A stretch of 64,000 bases of DNA from an uncultured Desulfosarcina sp. (GTDB lineage Bacteria > Desulfobacterota > Desulfobacteria > Desulfobacterales > Desulfosarcinaceae), in contig CAXXWQ010000004.1 in assembly GCA_963674945.2 (NCBI GenBank), positions 1,760,001 through 1,824,000 of the forward strand. The letters run 5' to 3'. The notes under the pieces were generated by a model. That model made no database searches. It saw nothing but the letters and a program-made list of their open reading frames with translations, and was not told where the DNA came from. The translations under genes were made by a program, and so were the position numbers. Positions 55,271 to 64,000 of this stretch are shown here, piece after piece; position 1 is the first letter of the stretch, and every line of letters begins with the position of its first letter.

Positions 55271-55974
55271 ACTCCGATCTCGGCCATCAGCTTGCGCAAT
55301 TCGTCGGCTTTGGTCATCATGGCCCGCACCTGGTCCTTGGGAAGCAGCACGCTACCGAACTTTTTGCCCAATCGGCGAAGCTCGCCGGCAAACCGTTCGG
55401 GCTCCCTGGTCATCTTTTCCAGCAAGGCGTCCACCACTTCGATATGAACGGATTGGTCACCAGGAAGAGGAGTGTCGGGTGACTCACCGGCCATGTTTTC
55501 AAACTCGAAGGTGAGCTGCTTCACCATGTCAGCTAATACCGCCTTTTTCCCTCGGCTGGCCTTGATAAGCCCGGTCATTCCGCGCATCCGAAACGTGTCG
55601 TAAAACTCGTCGGCCTCGGCCTTGGTCGCCCCGATGAAATAACCGTTGTGATAACCGGCGGATGAAAAAAGAGGGATGTTGGGATGCCTGATCAGTAAGT
55701 GATTATGAAGATGCCGAAGGTCCCGCTTCCATTTTCCCAACGTGCTCGAGTGTTTTTTGGCTATCTCTTTAACCAGGTCGTCGAACGAATCCTCATCGAT
55801 TCGAATGCCGTCCAATGTGTAATGGAGCAAAGTCGCCAGCGCGTTTGCCGAAATCCGGTTCTCCTTGCCAACGTGATCCACCCATAAAAGGCCCAAAAAA
55901 GTGGATTCGTATGGAGTCAACTTTATGCTATGGATCCCGGTGTCCGGATTGTATCCAAGGTTCTCAAGATTCAT
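55267..55974 (-). CDS. Hypothetical early protein (copy 2)
   Basis: Near-identical to 35169-35876. Confidence 0.75.
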   Translation of the reverse strand: MNLENLGYNPDTGIHSIKLTPYESTFLGLLWVDHVGKENRISANALATLLHYTLDGIRIDEDSFDDLVKEIAKKHSSTLGKWKRDLRHLHNHLLIRHPNIPLFSSAGYHNGYFIGATKAEADEFYDTFRMRGMTGLIKASRGKKAVLADMVKQLTFEFENMAGESPDTPLPGDQSVHIEVVDALLEKMTREPERFAGELRRLGKKFGSVLLPKDQVRAMMTKADELRKLMAEIGV

Positions 55975-55983
55975 GGCGATCTC

Positions 55984-56166
55984 CTAAAACGTTGTGCTAT
56001 GGGTAAGACCCATGTCTTCCATCAATTTGCGCATGGCAACCAGGGAGAGGATGGCACACTGTTTCGATTCCCGGCTCTGTTCGTCCACGACGGTAATGCC
56101 CTGGAGGTCCATGAAAGCATCGTTCAATTTTTCATGCATCTGGTTGACCTTTGTTTGTCTATCCAT
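55984..56166 (-). CDS. Small hypothetical protein (copy 2)
   Basis: Identical protein to 35886-36068. Confidence 0.6.
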   Translation of the reverse strand: MDRQTKVNQMHEKLNDAFMDLQGITVVDEQSRESKQCAILSLVAMRKLMEDMGLTHSTTF

Positions 56167-56186
56167 CAGCCGCCTCCCAATTTTAT

Positions 56187-57470
56187 TTAGATTGCCATTA
56201 CGACATCCGAGGTGATTCTCGTCTCACCCATCTCGAACGCCAGATTCATGGCCCGGGCCACATAGTTGTTCACCAGGAGCGGGTAGGCGTGAGAGATTTT
56301 CTGTTTTCCGTCCCGGCTGGTACTGGTGAGACGCTTTCCAAGTGCTTCGTATGCATCTTCGGAAAAGATGTCGGACGCATTTTTCCCGACTCGTCTGAAT
56401 TTCACGGCCAGATACTCGCCCAAATGCCCGTTAAGCCCCTTGATTTCAGCGATCTGGACGCGCCGGATCACCTCCCGCATGTCCACGTTCGTGCTCTCGT
56501 TGAATGTGTGCTTCAACTCGGTCTGGCCGATCAGGATGATCCCGAGAAGTTTCCGGTACCCATCTTCCAGCTCATAGAAACGTTTCAGGTACTTTAGCGT
56601 GTTCACGTTCAGATCGTGGGCCTCCTCAATGATCAACACCGCCCGGTACCCGGACTTGGCGCGATCCAACAAAAGCCGCCGGACCTGGCGGCTTTTCGCC
56701 TCCAGTTTCACCATGCATCGCTCGCTGCTGATATCCTGGATTATGGCGTCGCAGATCGATGCGGCGGTCAAACGGGTCTTATCGATGGTCTGCGGGTAAA
56801 TTGTCAGGGTGTCGCCGTCCCGCTTTAGCTGCTCGATCACCTTCCTGCGCATTACGCTTTTCCCGCTTCCTACCTCTCCGATCACGGCGAGGAATCCGCC
56901 GTGTTGGGCCGCATCCAGCATGGCCGCCTCGATGTACCGGTGCTCGTCGCTCATGTAGATATCCGTGTCCTTCTGGATATCGTCCAAAAACGGGTTGCGA
57001 AACAATTTGAAGTGCTTGAGTGCTTCCTGGTTGATCATCTCCACCTCCAGGGTGACGTTGATTTCAAATGGATTTCCCTTTACCATTGCAGGCCGCCTGT
57101 TGGCCTTCGATCTGCCGTTCCCCGATCTTTTCGCATGCCCGGACGGCATGACGTACAGTTTTTCATCCCCGGAAGGATTCCATATATCGCCGACCACCAT
57201 CCCGCGAAGCGCAAGCCATTCCATCGCAACATGGCTTTCTTCGATGAGAGCCTCCACCGCCTTAGAAAAAGATGGATTGCGCGGGGGAAGGTAGCCTTTG
57301 TTCAGGGCAAGGTTGATCGTTGGCCGGCTGATTTGCTGCCCGGTAATGAACGAGATAGACGAAGACAGATCTTCCTGGGTAATGTCGCAGTCGGTCATCA
57401 ATTGCTTCAGCCAGATCGGCTTCGACGGAAGGTCGTTGCCGTATGTTTTTGGTTGTGTGCAGGTTTTCAT
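56187..57470 (-). CDS. Transposition AAA+ ATPase (copy 2)
   Basis: ATPase domain almost identical to copy 1; N-terminal 144 aa diverged. Confidence 0.9.
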   Translation of the reverse strand: MKTCTQPKTYGNDLPSKPIWLKQLMTDCDITQEDLSSSISFITGQQISRPTINLALNKGYLPPRNPSFSKAVEALIEESHVAMEWLALRGMVVGDIWNPSGDEKLYVMPSGHAKRSGNGRSKANRRPAMVKGNPFEINVTLEVEMINQEALKHFKLFRNPFLDDIQKDTDIYMSDEHRYIEAAMLDAAQHGGFLAVIGEVGSGKSVMRRKVIEQLKRDGDTLTIYPQTIDKTRLTAASICDAIIQDISSERCMVKLEAKSRQVRRLLLDRAKSGYRAVLIIEEAHDLNVNTLKYLKRFYELEDGYRKLLGIILIGQTELKHTFNESTNVDMREVIRRVQIAEIKGLNGHLGEYLAVKFRRVGKNASDIFSEDAYEALGKRLTSTSRDGKQKISHAYPLLVNNYVARAMNLAFEMGETRITSDVVMAI

Positions 57471-57487
57471 GTGTGTTCTCCTTTTGG

Positions 57488-59170
57488 TTACATTGCCTCG
57501 GCGACAGGCCCGGCATCCCGCCAGTCATTGCCGTCGGCCATCGCCATGACGATTTCATCCGCCCGCGCTGCAGGTACGCTCCCGCCAAATGTTTTCCGGA
57601 GTTCGGTATTTATTTGCGGTGTTACGCGAACGCCGGCGTCGCGTAGCTTCTTGAATAACTCGACGATGGGAATCTGTTTGAGGGCCACGTCCCGGCCGAC
57701 TTCCATAGGTGTTCCGCGCCGCCGCATGGGAACGGCATCCACCTTGTCGCTCTGATGCCCGAACACCTGAAGCGTACCTCCAAACGGCAGGTCGGTTTTT
57801 TTCCTCTCATCACCGTAGGCCAAATTCTCGTTTGACTTCCGGGTCTTGTCCACCAATGTATCCGGGTTGGACTTGTATTCCTGTCCGATGATGGCGCTGT
57901 CCGCCCGGAACCTGCCGATGCCGGGAAGCTCCCCGATGGGCGAAACAAGATATTCCGTGTCATTGAAAACGACTGTCACCTCCGGCCAGTGATACGGACG
58001 CAGCACAACTTGAACCTTTCTCCCGGGGCGGATTCCTTCGATATGCTTTAGACGGTATTCCTCCGAACGGAACGTGATGGTGTTGTCCTGGCGAACGGTG
58101 CGCGTTACCTCCGGCTCGGCGTAAAGGTCGCGAAGGATCTCGTCCGACGGCATGTCCCGGATCTGGTCCTCTTTGACCGTCAACCAGCAGGCCGTCCGGG
58201 TCATCCTGTGCCGACTGTGAATTTTTTTGTCGTTCCATTCTACGAGCCAGTCCGTCACCCACTCGTTCAACTCCTCGATGGTGGTGGCCGGTTCGAACCG
58301 CAGCCGCGCCTCGAACCGTGTTTCCACGATGTTTTGGGCGTTTTCGGCGGATCCCTGGCGCCGTGGGTTGTGGGGCATGTTCTCCGGCATCTCGATTTCA
58401 AGTCGTTTAAGAAGTGCCATGATACCTTTAGCGGTGTTTGCGCTGCCGGCATCCATCAATAGATAGAACGGAACGCCACGAAACGGCGATTTTTCATGAT
58501 GCCCGCCGCGCCACGCCGATGTAAGAAAATCAAAGGTCATCCTCGCGTTTTCGCCGTCTGCGATGTAGTATTTTACGAACAAGTGGTGAGAAAAATGGTC
58601 GGCCAAAACCATACGCCAAATACGGTTTTTGATAGCCTTGTAGTTTTTCGGTTTCTTCTCTCGAAAATCCCGTTGATCCATAAAACCGAGATCTTTCCCT
58701 TTTTTCATGTAATACTGAATGCATGGGGATGCGTCGAAAATATGCACATGGTTTGGATGCAAACTGGCCATACGGATCGATGGCGTTATGCTGTTCAAGG
58801 CCGCAGCGTTCATGTCCCGCTCCCTGAGTATGGATTGCATCCTGGCCGCCGATATCCGGCCGGGCTCGATGATGCCGTTGTCCTCGGCGATGGAAAGCGC
58901 CTCCGTAACCGGCAGGATCGTACCCTTCACCTCCCTTGCGGACACCTGGACAAGGGAAGAGACGTACTGGATCTGATGTTCGTCAAGGCGGCACGATCCG
59001 TTGTCGCACCGTTTCTTTCGGCCGCTGGAAAAGCCGTGTTTCCTGGCAATCCGGTACAAGGTCGCCGCGCTCTTTCCGGTAAGGTCCCGGTACTCTGCGA
59101 TGATCCGGTCCTTTTCTCCGTTCACCGCCCGGTTCAGGCGGCAGGCCATCTCCCGCGCCCAATCCATCAT
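57488..59170 (-). CDS. DDE transposase (copy 2), intact
   Basis: 560 aa, few substitutions versus 37390-39072. Confidence 0.9.
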   Translation of the reverse strand: MMDWAREMACRLNRAVNGEKDRIIAEYRDLTGKSAATLYRIARKHGFSSGRKKRCDNGSCRLDEHQIQYVSSLVQVSAREVKGTILPVTEALSIAEDNGIIEPGRISAARMQSILRERDMNAAALNSITPSIRMASLHPNHVHIFDASPCIQYYMKKGKDLGFMDQRDFREKKPKNYKAIKNRIWRMVLADHFSHHLFVKYYIADGENARMTFDFLTSAWRGGHHEKSPFRGVPFYLLMDAGSANTAKGIMALLKRLEIEMPENMPHNPRRQGSAENAQNIVETRFEARLRFEPATTIEELNEWVTDWLVEWNDKKIHSRHRMTRTACWLTVKEDQIRDMPSDEILRDLYAEPEVTRTVRQDNTITFRSEEYRLKHIEGIRPGRKVQVVLRPYHWPEVTVVFNDTEYLVSPIGELPGIGRFRADSAIIGQEYKSNPDTLVDKTRKSNENLAYGDERKKTDLPFGGTLQVFGHQSDKVDAVPMRRRGTPMEVGRDVALKQIPIVELFKKLRDAGVRVTPQINTELRKTFGGSVPAARADEIVMAMADGNDWRDAGPVAEAM

Positions 59171-60123
59171 TACGCCTCCGCCGCTTCATCCGTCCTTGCC
59201 CGTAGATGTGGAGGGACCCAATCGTCATCGATCTCCGGGTCTCCATACATCTCCGATGCGGTATCAAAGGTCGCATCGACGACGCGTTTGAAGTAGTCCA
59301 GGGTGTGCATCAGCTTGGCGCGCATCCGCACGGTGGCATTTTCCGGAAGCGGGTTTTTTTCAGGGTCGTATTTCATGAAAAACCCGTCGATGATGGTACG
59401 GGAATTATCCAGATCTTGGCAGATCGCATCTTCCTCTGCGGTAAGACCCTTTGCCTCGGCCCTGCCTTCCAGAACAGCAAGCTCTTTTGCCTGCAGGTTC
59501 AACACATTCTCCTTATCTTTCAGGACCTTGTCTTTTGCAGCGATGGTCGCCGTTTTCTCCTCGATTTCCTTGTTTTTTCCCTCCAGGAGGGATTCGATGG
59601 CAGCTTGCAGATCTTCTGCATAATCGGATGCGAGAGGGATGCGCTCCTCACCGATGGTAACGAACTCGGCATCGATGACGATGTCACCGTTGTTGGCGAT
59701 CTGGCGAAGCTTGCGGAGCTCGCGGTAACCGACACGGAAACTGCTGACGTCGGCCAAAAATGCTTCACCAAAAGTTTGAAGATTTAATAGATCCTCATCA
59801 ACTTTTTGCCTTGATAACCCAATGTAATCACAAAACTTTTGCCATGTTCCGATATTAGGTAATTCCTTATAAATCTTTTGGCTCTTTACATCTCTCAGCC
59901 ACATCAAATTGCTAACGTCAGCAAATTTTGAAACCAAATTTAATCCTTGGATACGTCCGATTACCTCATGACATTGGGCGATCAACGACTCACGTTTCCG
60001 CTGATCCTCACGTTTCAATCTCTCTTTCTCCACCTCAATTTCAACAATAGATTGTGCAGCCGCATGATCCGCCGCGACTCGCTCTTTCCCAGCTATCTTG
60101 TCGATAATGCTTTTTTTCGCCAT
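59170..60123 (-). CDS. Early HTH/coiled-coil protein (copy 2)
   Basis: Homolog of 39072-40025 with a diverged internal patch. Confidence 0.7.
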   Translation of the reverse strand: MAKKSIIDKIAGKERVAADHAAAQSIVEIEVEKERLKREDQRKRESLIAQCHEVIGRIQGLNLVSKFADVSNLMWLRDVKSQKIYKELPNIGTWQKFCDYIGLSRQKVDEDLLNLQTFGEAFLADVSSFRVGYRELRKLRQIANNGDIVIDAEFVTIGEERIPLASDYAEDLQAAIESLLEGKNKEIEEKTATIAAKDKVLKDKENVLNLQAKELAVLEGRAEAKGLTAEEDAICQDLDNSRTIIDGFFMKYDPEKNPLPENATVRMRAKLMHTLDYFKRVVDATFDTASEMYGDPEIDDDWVPPHLRARTDEAAEA

Positions 60124-60132
60124 TTACGCCTC

Positions 60133-60423
60133 CTATTCGCCAAGTTCCAATAAAGTCTTGTCGATATGATTTCTCGCTGAAAGCAGCTTGGATCTTCGCC
60201 TGGCCCACAAAAGGGCCATGCCGTCTCCGAGTTCCCAGTGTTCTCCGATCCGTCGGACGATTCCGGCATCCTCGAGGGTGACCAGGTGGCACATGCATGT
60301 GCCGTACTGCATCTCAAGCGCCTCCGCCGCATCTGCCCCGGATACCGGCTCGCGCCGATCCGACAGGTATTTGATTATCTCGACGGCCGTTTTTACCGCG
60401 TTGATTCGTTTGTAAGTCTTCAC
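60133..60423 (-). CDS. IclR-like HTH protein (copy 2)
   Basis: Homolog of 40035-40325. Confidence 0.75.
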   Translation of the reverse strand: MKTYKRINAVKTAVEIIKYLSDRREPVSGADAAEALEMQYGTCMCHLVTLEDAGIVRRIGEHWELGDGMALLWARRRSKLLSARNHIDKTLLELGE

Positions 60424-60698
60424 GCAACCTCCATTGATTTCGATCCTTTATAACAGTGCATTCCAGTGGGATATTTTTTTCCCATTACAGCTTGAACCAG
60501 ATGTCCACGACATTCAGTCGCCGATCTATAGAGATACTTTTCCTTGATTTCACCGATATTAACGAGCATATCTCTGGCCATCGCTTTTGAAATATAGAGG
60601 TCTGGGGGAGTACTTTTATTAACTTCTTCCTGAAAGGCATCTATAATTTGCTTGTTTGTAGGCCATTTACTCTCTTCGATTTCCCTGCAGGTTTTCAT
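60420..60698 (-). CDS. Hypothetical protein present only in copy 2
   Basis: 92 aa, GGAG RBS, stop overlaps next start; absent at the equivalent site in copy 1. Confidence 0.65.
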   Translation of the reverse strand: MKTCREIEESKWPTNKQIIDAFQEEVNKSTPPDLYISKAMARDMLVNIGEIKEKYLYRSATECRGHLVQAVMGKKYPTGMHCYKGSKSMEVA

Positions 60699-60709
60699 TT
60701 TTGCTCCAT

Positions 60710-61243
60710 TTATCGCTTTCCCAATTCTCGTTTTAGACGCCTCATCTCGGAAATGCTCTCTTCCAGTTTGCCAAGCGTCATTTGTCTGAGTTCCGCACCG
60801 GTCGCCACCTTTGCGCCCTCGTAACCGACGATGGTTTCAGCAGGGTACATGAGACCGGTGATGCTCTGGATCGCTACTATAAGGTAGGCTGGTATGGGAT
60901 AGTCGTTTGGTTTGGAAAGGTAGTTGTTGAGCATGTGGATGGTCATTGGATTTCGGCAGGTGGGCGGTTCGGCAGCTACACCTTCCTCGCAACGCCCGAA
61001 GAAGCGGTTGATTTCATCCACCAGTTGGTCCCTGGAACCTCCCCACTCGCGAACCGCCCGCTTGGCCGCCGCCGCGATCTCAACCCCAACCTCGAACTCG
61101 TTCTCGAATTCCGCGCTGGGAGGCCCTTTTTCTATGGCATCCTCGATCTGAATTTTGGTTTCGATGTAGCGGTCGACTTGTTGGCCGAATTCGAAATCGA
61201 ACTGCATCTGATGGGTGTCTATTTTTTGTGATCGTCTAGACAT
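60710..61243 (-). CDS. Putative regulatory protein (copy 2)
   Basis: Homolog of 40334-40867. Confidence 0.7.
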   Translation of the reverse strand: MSRRSQKIDTHQMQFDFEFGQQVDRYIETKIQIEDAIEKGPPSAEFENEFEVGVEIAAAAKRAVREWGGSRDQLVDEINRFFGRCEEGVAAEPPTCRNPMTIHMLNNYLSKPNDYPIPAYLIVAIQSITGLMYPAETIVGYEGAKVATGAELRQMTLGKLEESISEMRRLKRELGKR

Positions 61244-61318
61244 TGACCGCTCCGTGCTTTCTTTTTAAGTATTGGTCATCAAACACATTTTGATTCTGAG
61301 TCCTTTGGGAGGCACACA

Positions 61319-61531
61319 ATGAGTTACGTGATGGTCTGTTCGTCTTCGAGTTGTGATTTTCAGGTGAAAAACAGCACCAAGGATGGAATTGAACGGTATT
61401 GCACTAAATGCGGGTCTGAAAACTTTTGGAAATGCCCGCATTGTGGGAGACCATTCCGAAGGGTAGAAACCCTTTTCTGTTTTGATTGCGGCAAACATAT
61501 CAAGTCCCTGCCAGAGAAAGAGGGTCTTTAG
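61319..61531 (+). CDS. Double zinc-ribbon protein (copy 2)
   Basis: All Cys conserved versus 40943-41155. Confidence 0.7.
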   Translation: MSYVMVCSSSSCDFQVKNSTKDGIERYCTKCGSENFWKCPHCGRPFRRVETLFCFDCGKHIKSLPEKEGL

Positions 61532-61709
61532 CGCCGCAGACCTCACAGAAGTTGTACGAGTCGAACATGAGTAACTGGCGCTGGCCGCAGCATGGGAAAA
61601 CGGTTTGAAGCGGCCTGAGATCATGGCCGCATTCCTTGCAGAAGTTGTCAGTGGGTGAGAGTCGGTCGGATCCGCACTTGGGGCATAAATGGATGGTTTG
61701 TATCGACAT
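61500..61709 (-). CDS. Double zinc-ribbon protein (copy 2)
   Basis: All Cys conserved versus 41124-41333. Confidence 0.7.
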   Translation of the reverse strand: MSIQTIHLCPKCGSDRLSPTDNFCKECGHDLRPLQTVFPCCGQRQLLMFDSYNFCEVCGAKDPLSLAGT

Positions 61710-61762
61710 AACTGGCTATCCTTATTGATTTTATTTTGACTTATTGATAAGCCTTATAAGAC

Positions 61763-62026
61763 TCATGCAGCGCAAGAAGACGGTTCATACAGTCGTGGCC
61801 GCTGGTGCTTGCCCTTGAAATACCAGGCGAAGACCGTTTCCGGCGGTAGATTGATCTCTTTGGAGATGGCCCGCATGAGCGGTTTGGACACCAGGCGGAA
61901 GTTGATCACATCGGAGATGGCCATTTCAGACTTTCCGTATTTTTTGGCCAGACCCTTCTGAGTGATCCCTTTCTTTTTTAATAGGTACTGGATGTCGATT
62001 GGGGTAATGGGTTCCGTGATGGTCAT
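61763..62026 (-). CDS. Ner/Cro-like HTH regulator (copy 2)
   Basis: Homolog of 41387-41650. Confidence 0.8.
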   Translation of the reverse strand: MTITEPITPIDIQYLLKKKGITQKGLAKKYGKSEMAISDVINFRLVSKPLMRAISKEINLPPETVFAWYFKGKHQRPRLYEPSSCAA

Positions 62027-62124
62027 AACAACAACCTCCTACTTAGAGTTTAACAACGAGACTTGATCTCGCTATATTATTGATTTCGTAGTGCTTATTG
62101 ATCGGTAAAATGTGGTTTGATCCT

Positions 62125-62355
62125 TTATTTCTGTTCCAGGCGCCACAATACGAAAAGAATCGTCGGCAGTGCCATCAGTTGATAGAGGCACTCGATGTTA
62201 ACTCCGGTTGATTGGCTGCCGCTAAAAGGGGCGCCATTGAAAGCATGGGTAAAATCGATACGTGAGAGTGCGTACACACACCAGGCGGCAATGCAGATGC
62301 GAAATAGTCTTACAAGGGTTCGCTTGGTGAAAAAGGATCGCGTTCGTTGTTTCAT
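62125..62355 (-). CDS. Small membrane protein (copy 2)
   Basis: Homolog of 41748-41978. Confidence 0.6.
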   Translation of the reverse strand: MKQRTRSFFTKRTLVRLFRICIAAWCVYALSRIDFTHAFNGAPFSGSQSTGVNIECLYQLMALPTILFVLWRLEQK

Positions 62356-62371
62356 AATAGGATCCCCAGGC

Positions 62372-62551
62372 TTATGTGGTCCTGATGGAAAAGGTGACGG
62401 TGGATCGGAACCTTGGGTGAGCGTCATCCATGATGTTGAACAGGTACATGAGTCTTCCGACGGTGTGCCGTTCGTCCCACACCCCAACGAACTCGAGGAA
62501 CTGGGGGGCAACATTGTTGAGGCGGGCTGCGTTATTTAAAATGGTTTGCAT
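62372..62551 (-). CDS. Small hypothetical protein (copy 2)
   Basis: Homolog of 41995-42174. Confidence 0.6.
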   Translation of the reverse strand: MQTILNNAARLNNVAPQFLEFVGVWDERHTVGRLMYLFNIMDDAHPRFRSTVTFSIRTT

Positions 62552-62656
62552 GGTCGACCTCGTGTTTTCCCTTTATGTAATTTCTAATTTTTAGTGTTTT
62601 ATAGATAAGACTCATATTGCATATTTAGTTAATTCGTCAAGGATAAAATTGCTTAA

Positions 62657-63214
62657 ATGGTTAATTTTGTCGACATAATCAAGCGAGTCAGGGAATTAAG
62701 GAACTTGTCGTCTGATAAGGAATTTGCTGAAAAATTAGGACTTTCTGCGCCAGACTTTAGCAAGCGGAAAAAGACAGGGACCTTGCTACCTTTAATTGTT
62801 GATTGGGGAATTAACGAAAGAGTTAATCTGGATTGGCTCCTGACCGGTAATGGACATCCATATAAAAAGGATGAACAACAGATTGAAGAGATTGAACCAG
62901 CAACACCACCTACGCCAAACAATGCGATTGAATTCAAGCATATGGAGGTAGTTAAAACATTTAAAAACAAAGAGTTAGCAAAGGAGTTGAGCATAATCCT
63001 CAAGGAAATAGAGGACCTGGATAGCGATCATCTAAGGGAAGTTAAAGGGATCTTACGATCAGAGCTATCCATGCTGAGATTAACCAGCCAATCCTACACC
63101 GGGGAAGATCGTCGTAAAGTTCAGCGCAGAACAGCCGATACTAACGTTATGCCAGGGGGGATAGAACGCCGCAGCGGGGAAGACCGCCGGAAGGCCTCGG
63201 GCGGCGATCATTAA
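62657..63214 (+). CDS. Prophage repressor (copy 2) with a different N-terminal HTH
   Basis: LSSDKEFAEKLGLSAPDFSKRKK, VNLDWLLTG; C-terminal half matches copy 1. Confidence 0.8.
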   Translation: MVNFVDIIKRVRELRNLSSDKEFAEKLGLSAPDFSKRKKTGTLLPLIVDWGINERVNLDWLLTGNGHPYKKDEQQIEEIEPATPPTPNNAIEFKHMEVVKTFKNKELAKELSIILKEIEDLDSDHLREVKGILRSELSMLRLTSQSYTGEDRRKVQRRTADTNVMPGGIERRSGEDRRKASGGDH

Positions 63215-63441
63215 CGGAATGTGACAGGAGCGGTCCCTGGCCATGTCCATATAAAGATGTGTGCGAACGCGGTAATATGTTTTGTATCTGGAGTGAAAAA
63301 TGTAATTGCCCTGAGCGCCTGGCGGCAAGTTGATTACACCTGAGGATTGTTATGGAAAAGGAAGCCGGGATAAAGAATTTGCACCAATATATAAAGGGGA
63401 CGATCAGATCCGCCGAAAGTTGATGCTGAGAAAGGAAATAC

Positions 63442-63981
63442 ATGCCTGTTGAAAAAGCCCGAGGCGACAGAGGGTCAACCAAATATCCTGGCGAAAAAGA
63501 AAAGGCGATTGCATTCGTAAAAGCCGATCCGGATGCCAAAGGTAAAAAAATCAAAGATATTTTAGGATTGAAGGCCTCCGGCAACCTGATCAACACCTGG
63601 CTCCGCGATCACAAACGCAAACCCCAAAGCCAACAACCCCAACCTAAAACTGAAGAAAGAAACGATCCACCAAAAAACAATAACGCCTTGGAGCAAAATC
63701 TGTTTTGCAGTTTTTGCGGAAAGAGCCAGTTTGAGGTGCATAAGCTAATTGCCGGCCCGGCAGTCTACATCTGCGACGAATGCATCCAGCTTTGCTCGGA
63801 AATTATCGATGAGGCATCGGATGATGAATTTTTGGAAAAGCATAGAGCGAAAGATTTCATCCGGAACATTAGGTATATCGAAAAAAATAGCATCATCGCG
63901 TTCGAAAACACATGCGCCTATATAAAAGGTGTGGTGGATTGCCTGGATAGGTTTAAAAGCTCGAAACACCGAAAAAGATGA
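63442..63981 (+). CDS. ClpX zinc-binding-domain protein (copy 2)
   Basis: One substitution versus 43065-43604. Confidence 0.85.
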   Translation: MPVEKARGDRGSTKYPGEKEKAIAFVKADPDAKGKKIKDILGLKASGNLINTWLRDHKRKPQSQQPQPKTEERNDPPKNNNALEQNLFCSFCGKSQFEVHKLIAGPAVYICDECIQLCSEIIDEASDDEFLEKHRAKDFIRNIRYIEKNSIIAFENTCAYIKGVVDCLDRFKSSKHRKR

Positions 63982-64000
63982 GGCCAAAAAATAAAAAATA

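Larger units (their letters stand above)
47904..64000. mobile_element. Defective related transposable prophage 2 (virion genes missing; continues beyond window)
   Basis: End homology, methylase remnant, and 54115-64000 colinear with about 34017-43623. Confidence 0.9.

Noticed and set aside
54115..64000. Assembly artefact duplicating 34017-43623
   Set aside because: Copies differ by many synonymous changes, swapped domains and an extra gene, so they are distinct elements.

Overview
Chromosomal region, probably from a sulfate-reducing deltaproteobacterium (Desulfobacterales-like; inferred from protein character only). Bases 1-7800 hold host genes: CPBP protease, membrane proteins, an ECF sigma/anti-sigma/signal peptidase cluster, an outer-membrane beta-barrel and alaC. 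Bases 7804-47903 are a complete-looking 40,100 bp transposable (Mu/B3-like, siphovirus-type tail) prophage with 47-bp imperfect TG...CA terminal inverted repeats and a 6-bp target duplication (GGAAGC). Directly after it, from 47904, lies a second related element in the same orientation: a degenerate copy of the same end, different cargo (two MDR dehydrogenases and a metallo-hydrolase), a truncated methylase, a 2.46 kb IS in place of about 23 kb of lysis/head/tail genes, then an intact early/transposition/immunity region running off the window. Main points: (1) the intact phage sits exactly at the terminus of its relative, suggesting site- or end-targeted tandem integration rather than Mu-type random insertion with target immunity; (2) an exchangeable cargo slot at the end (MTase + DUF262-HNH nuclease versus metabolic genes); (3) swapped repressor DNA-binding domains; (4) a phage protein carrying a ClpX zinc-binding domain; (5) AT-rich candidate defence genes, including a YejK-like + membrane protein pair. 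All family calls are from motif recognition; no database searches were run.
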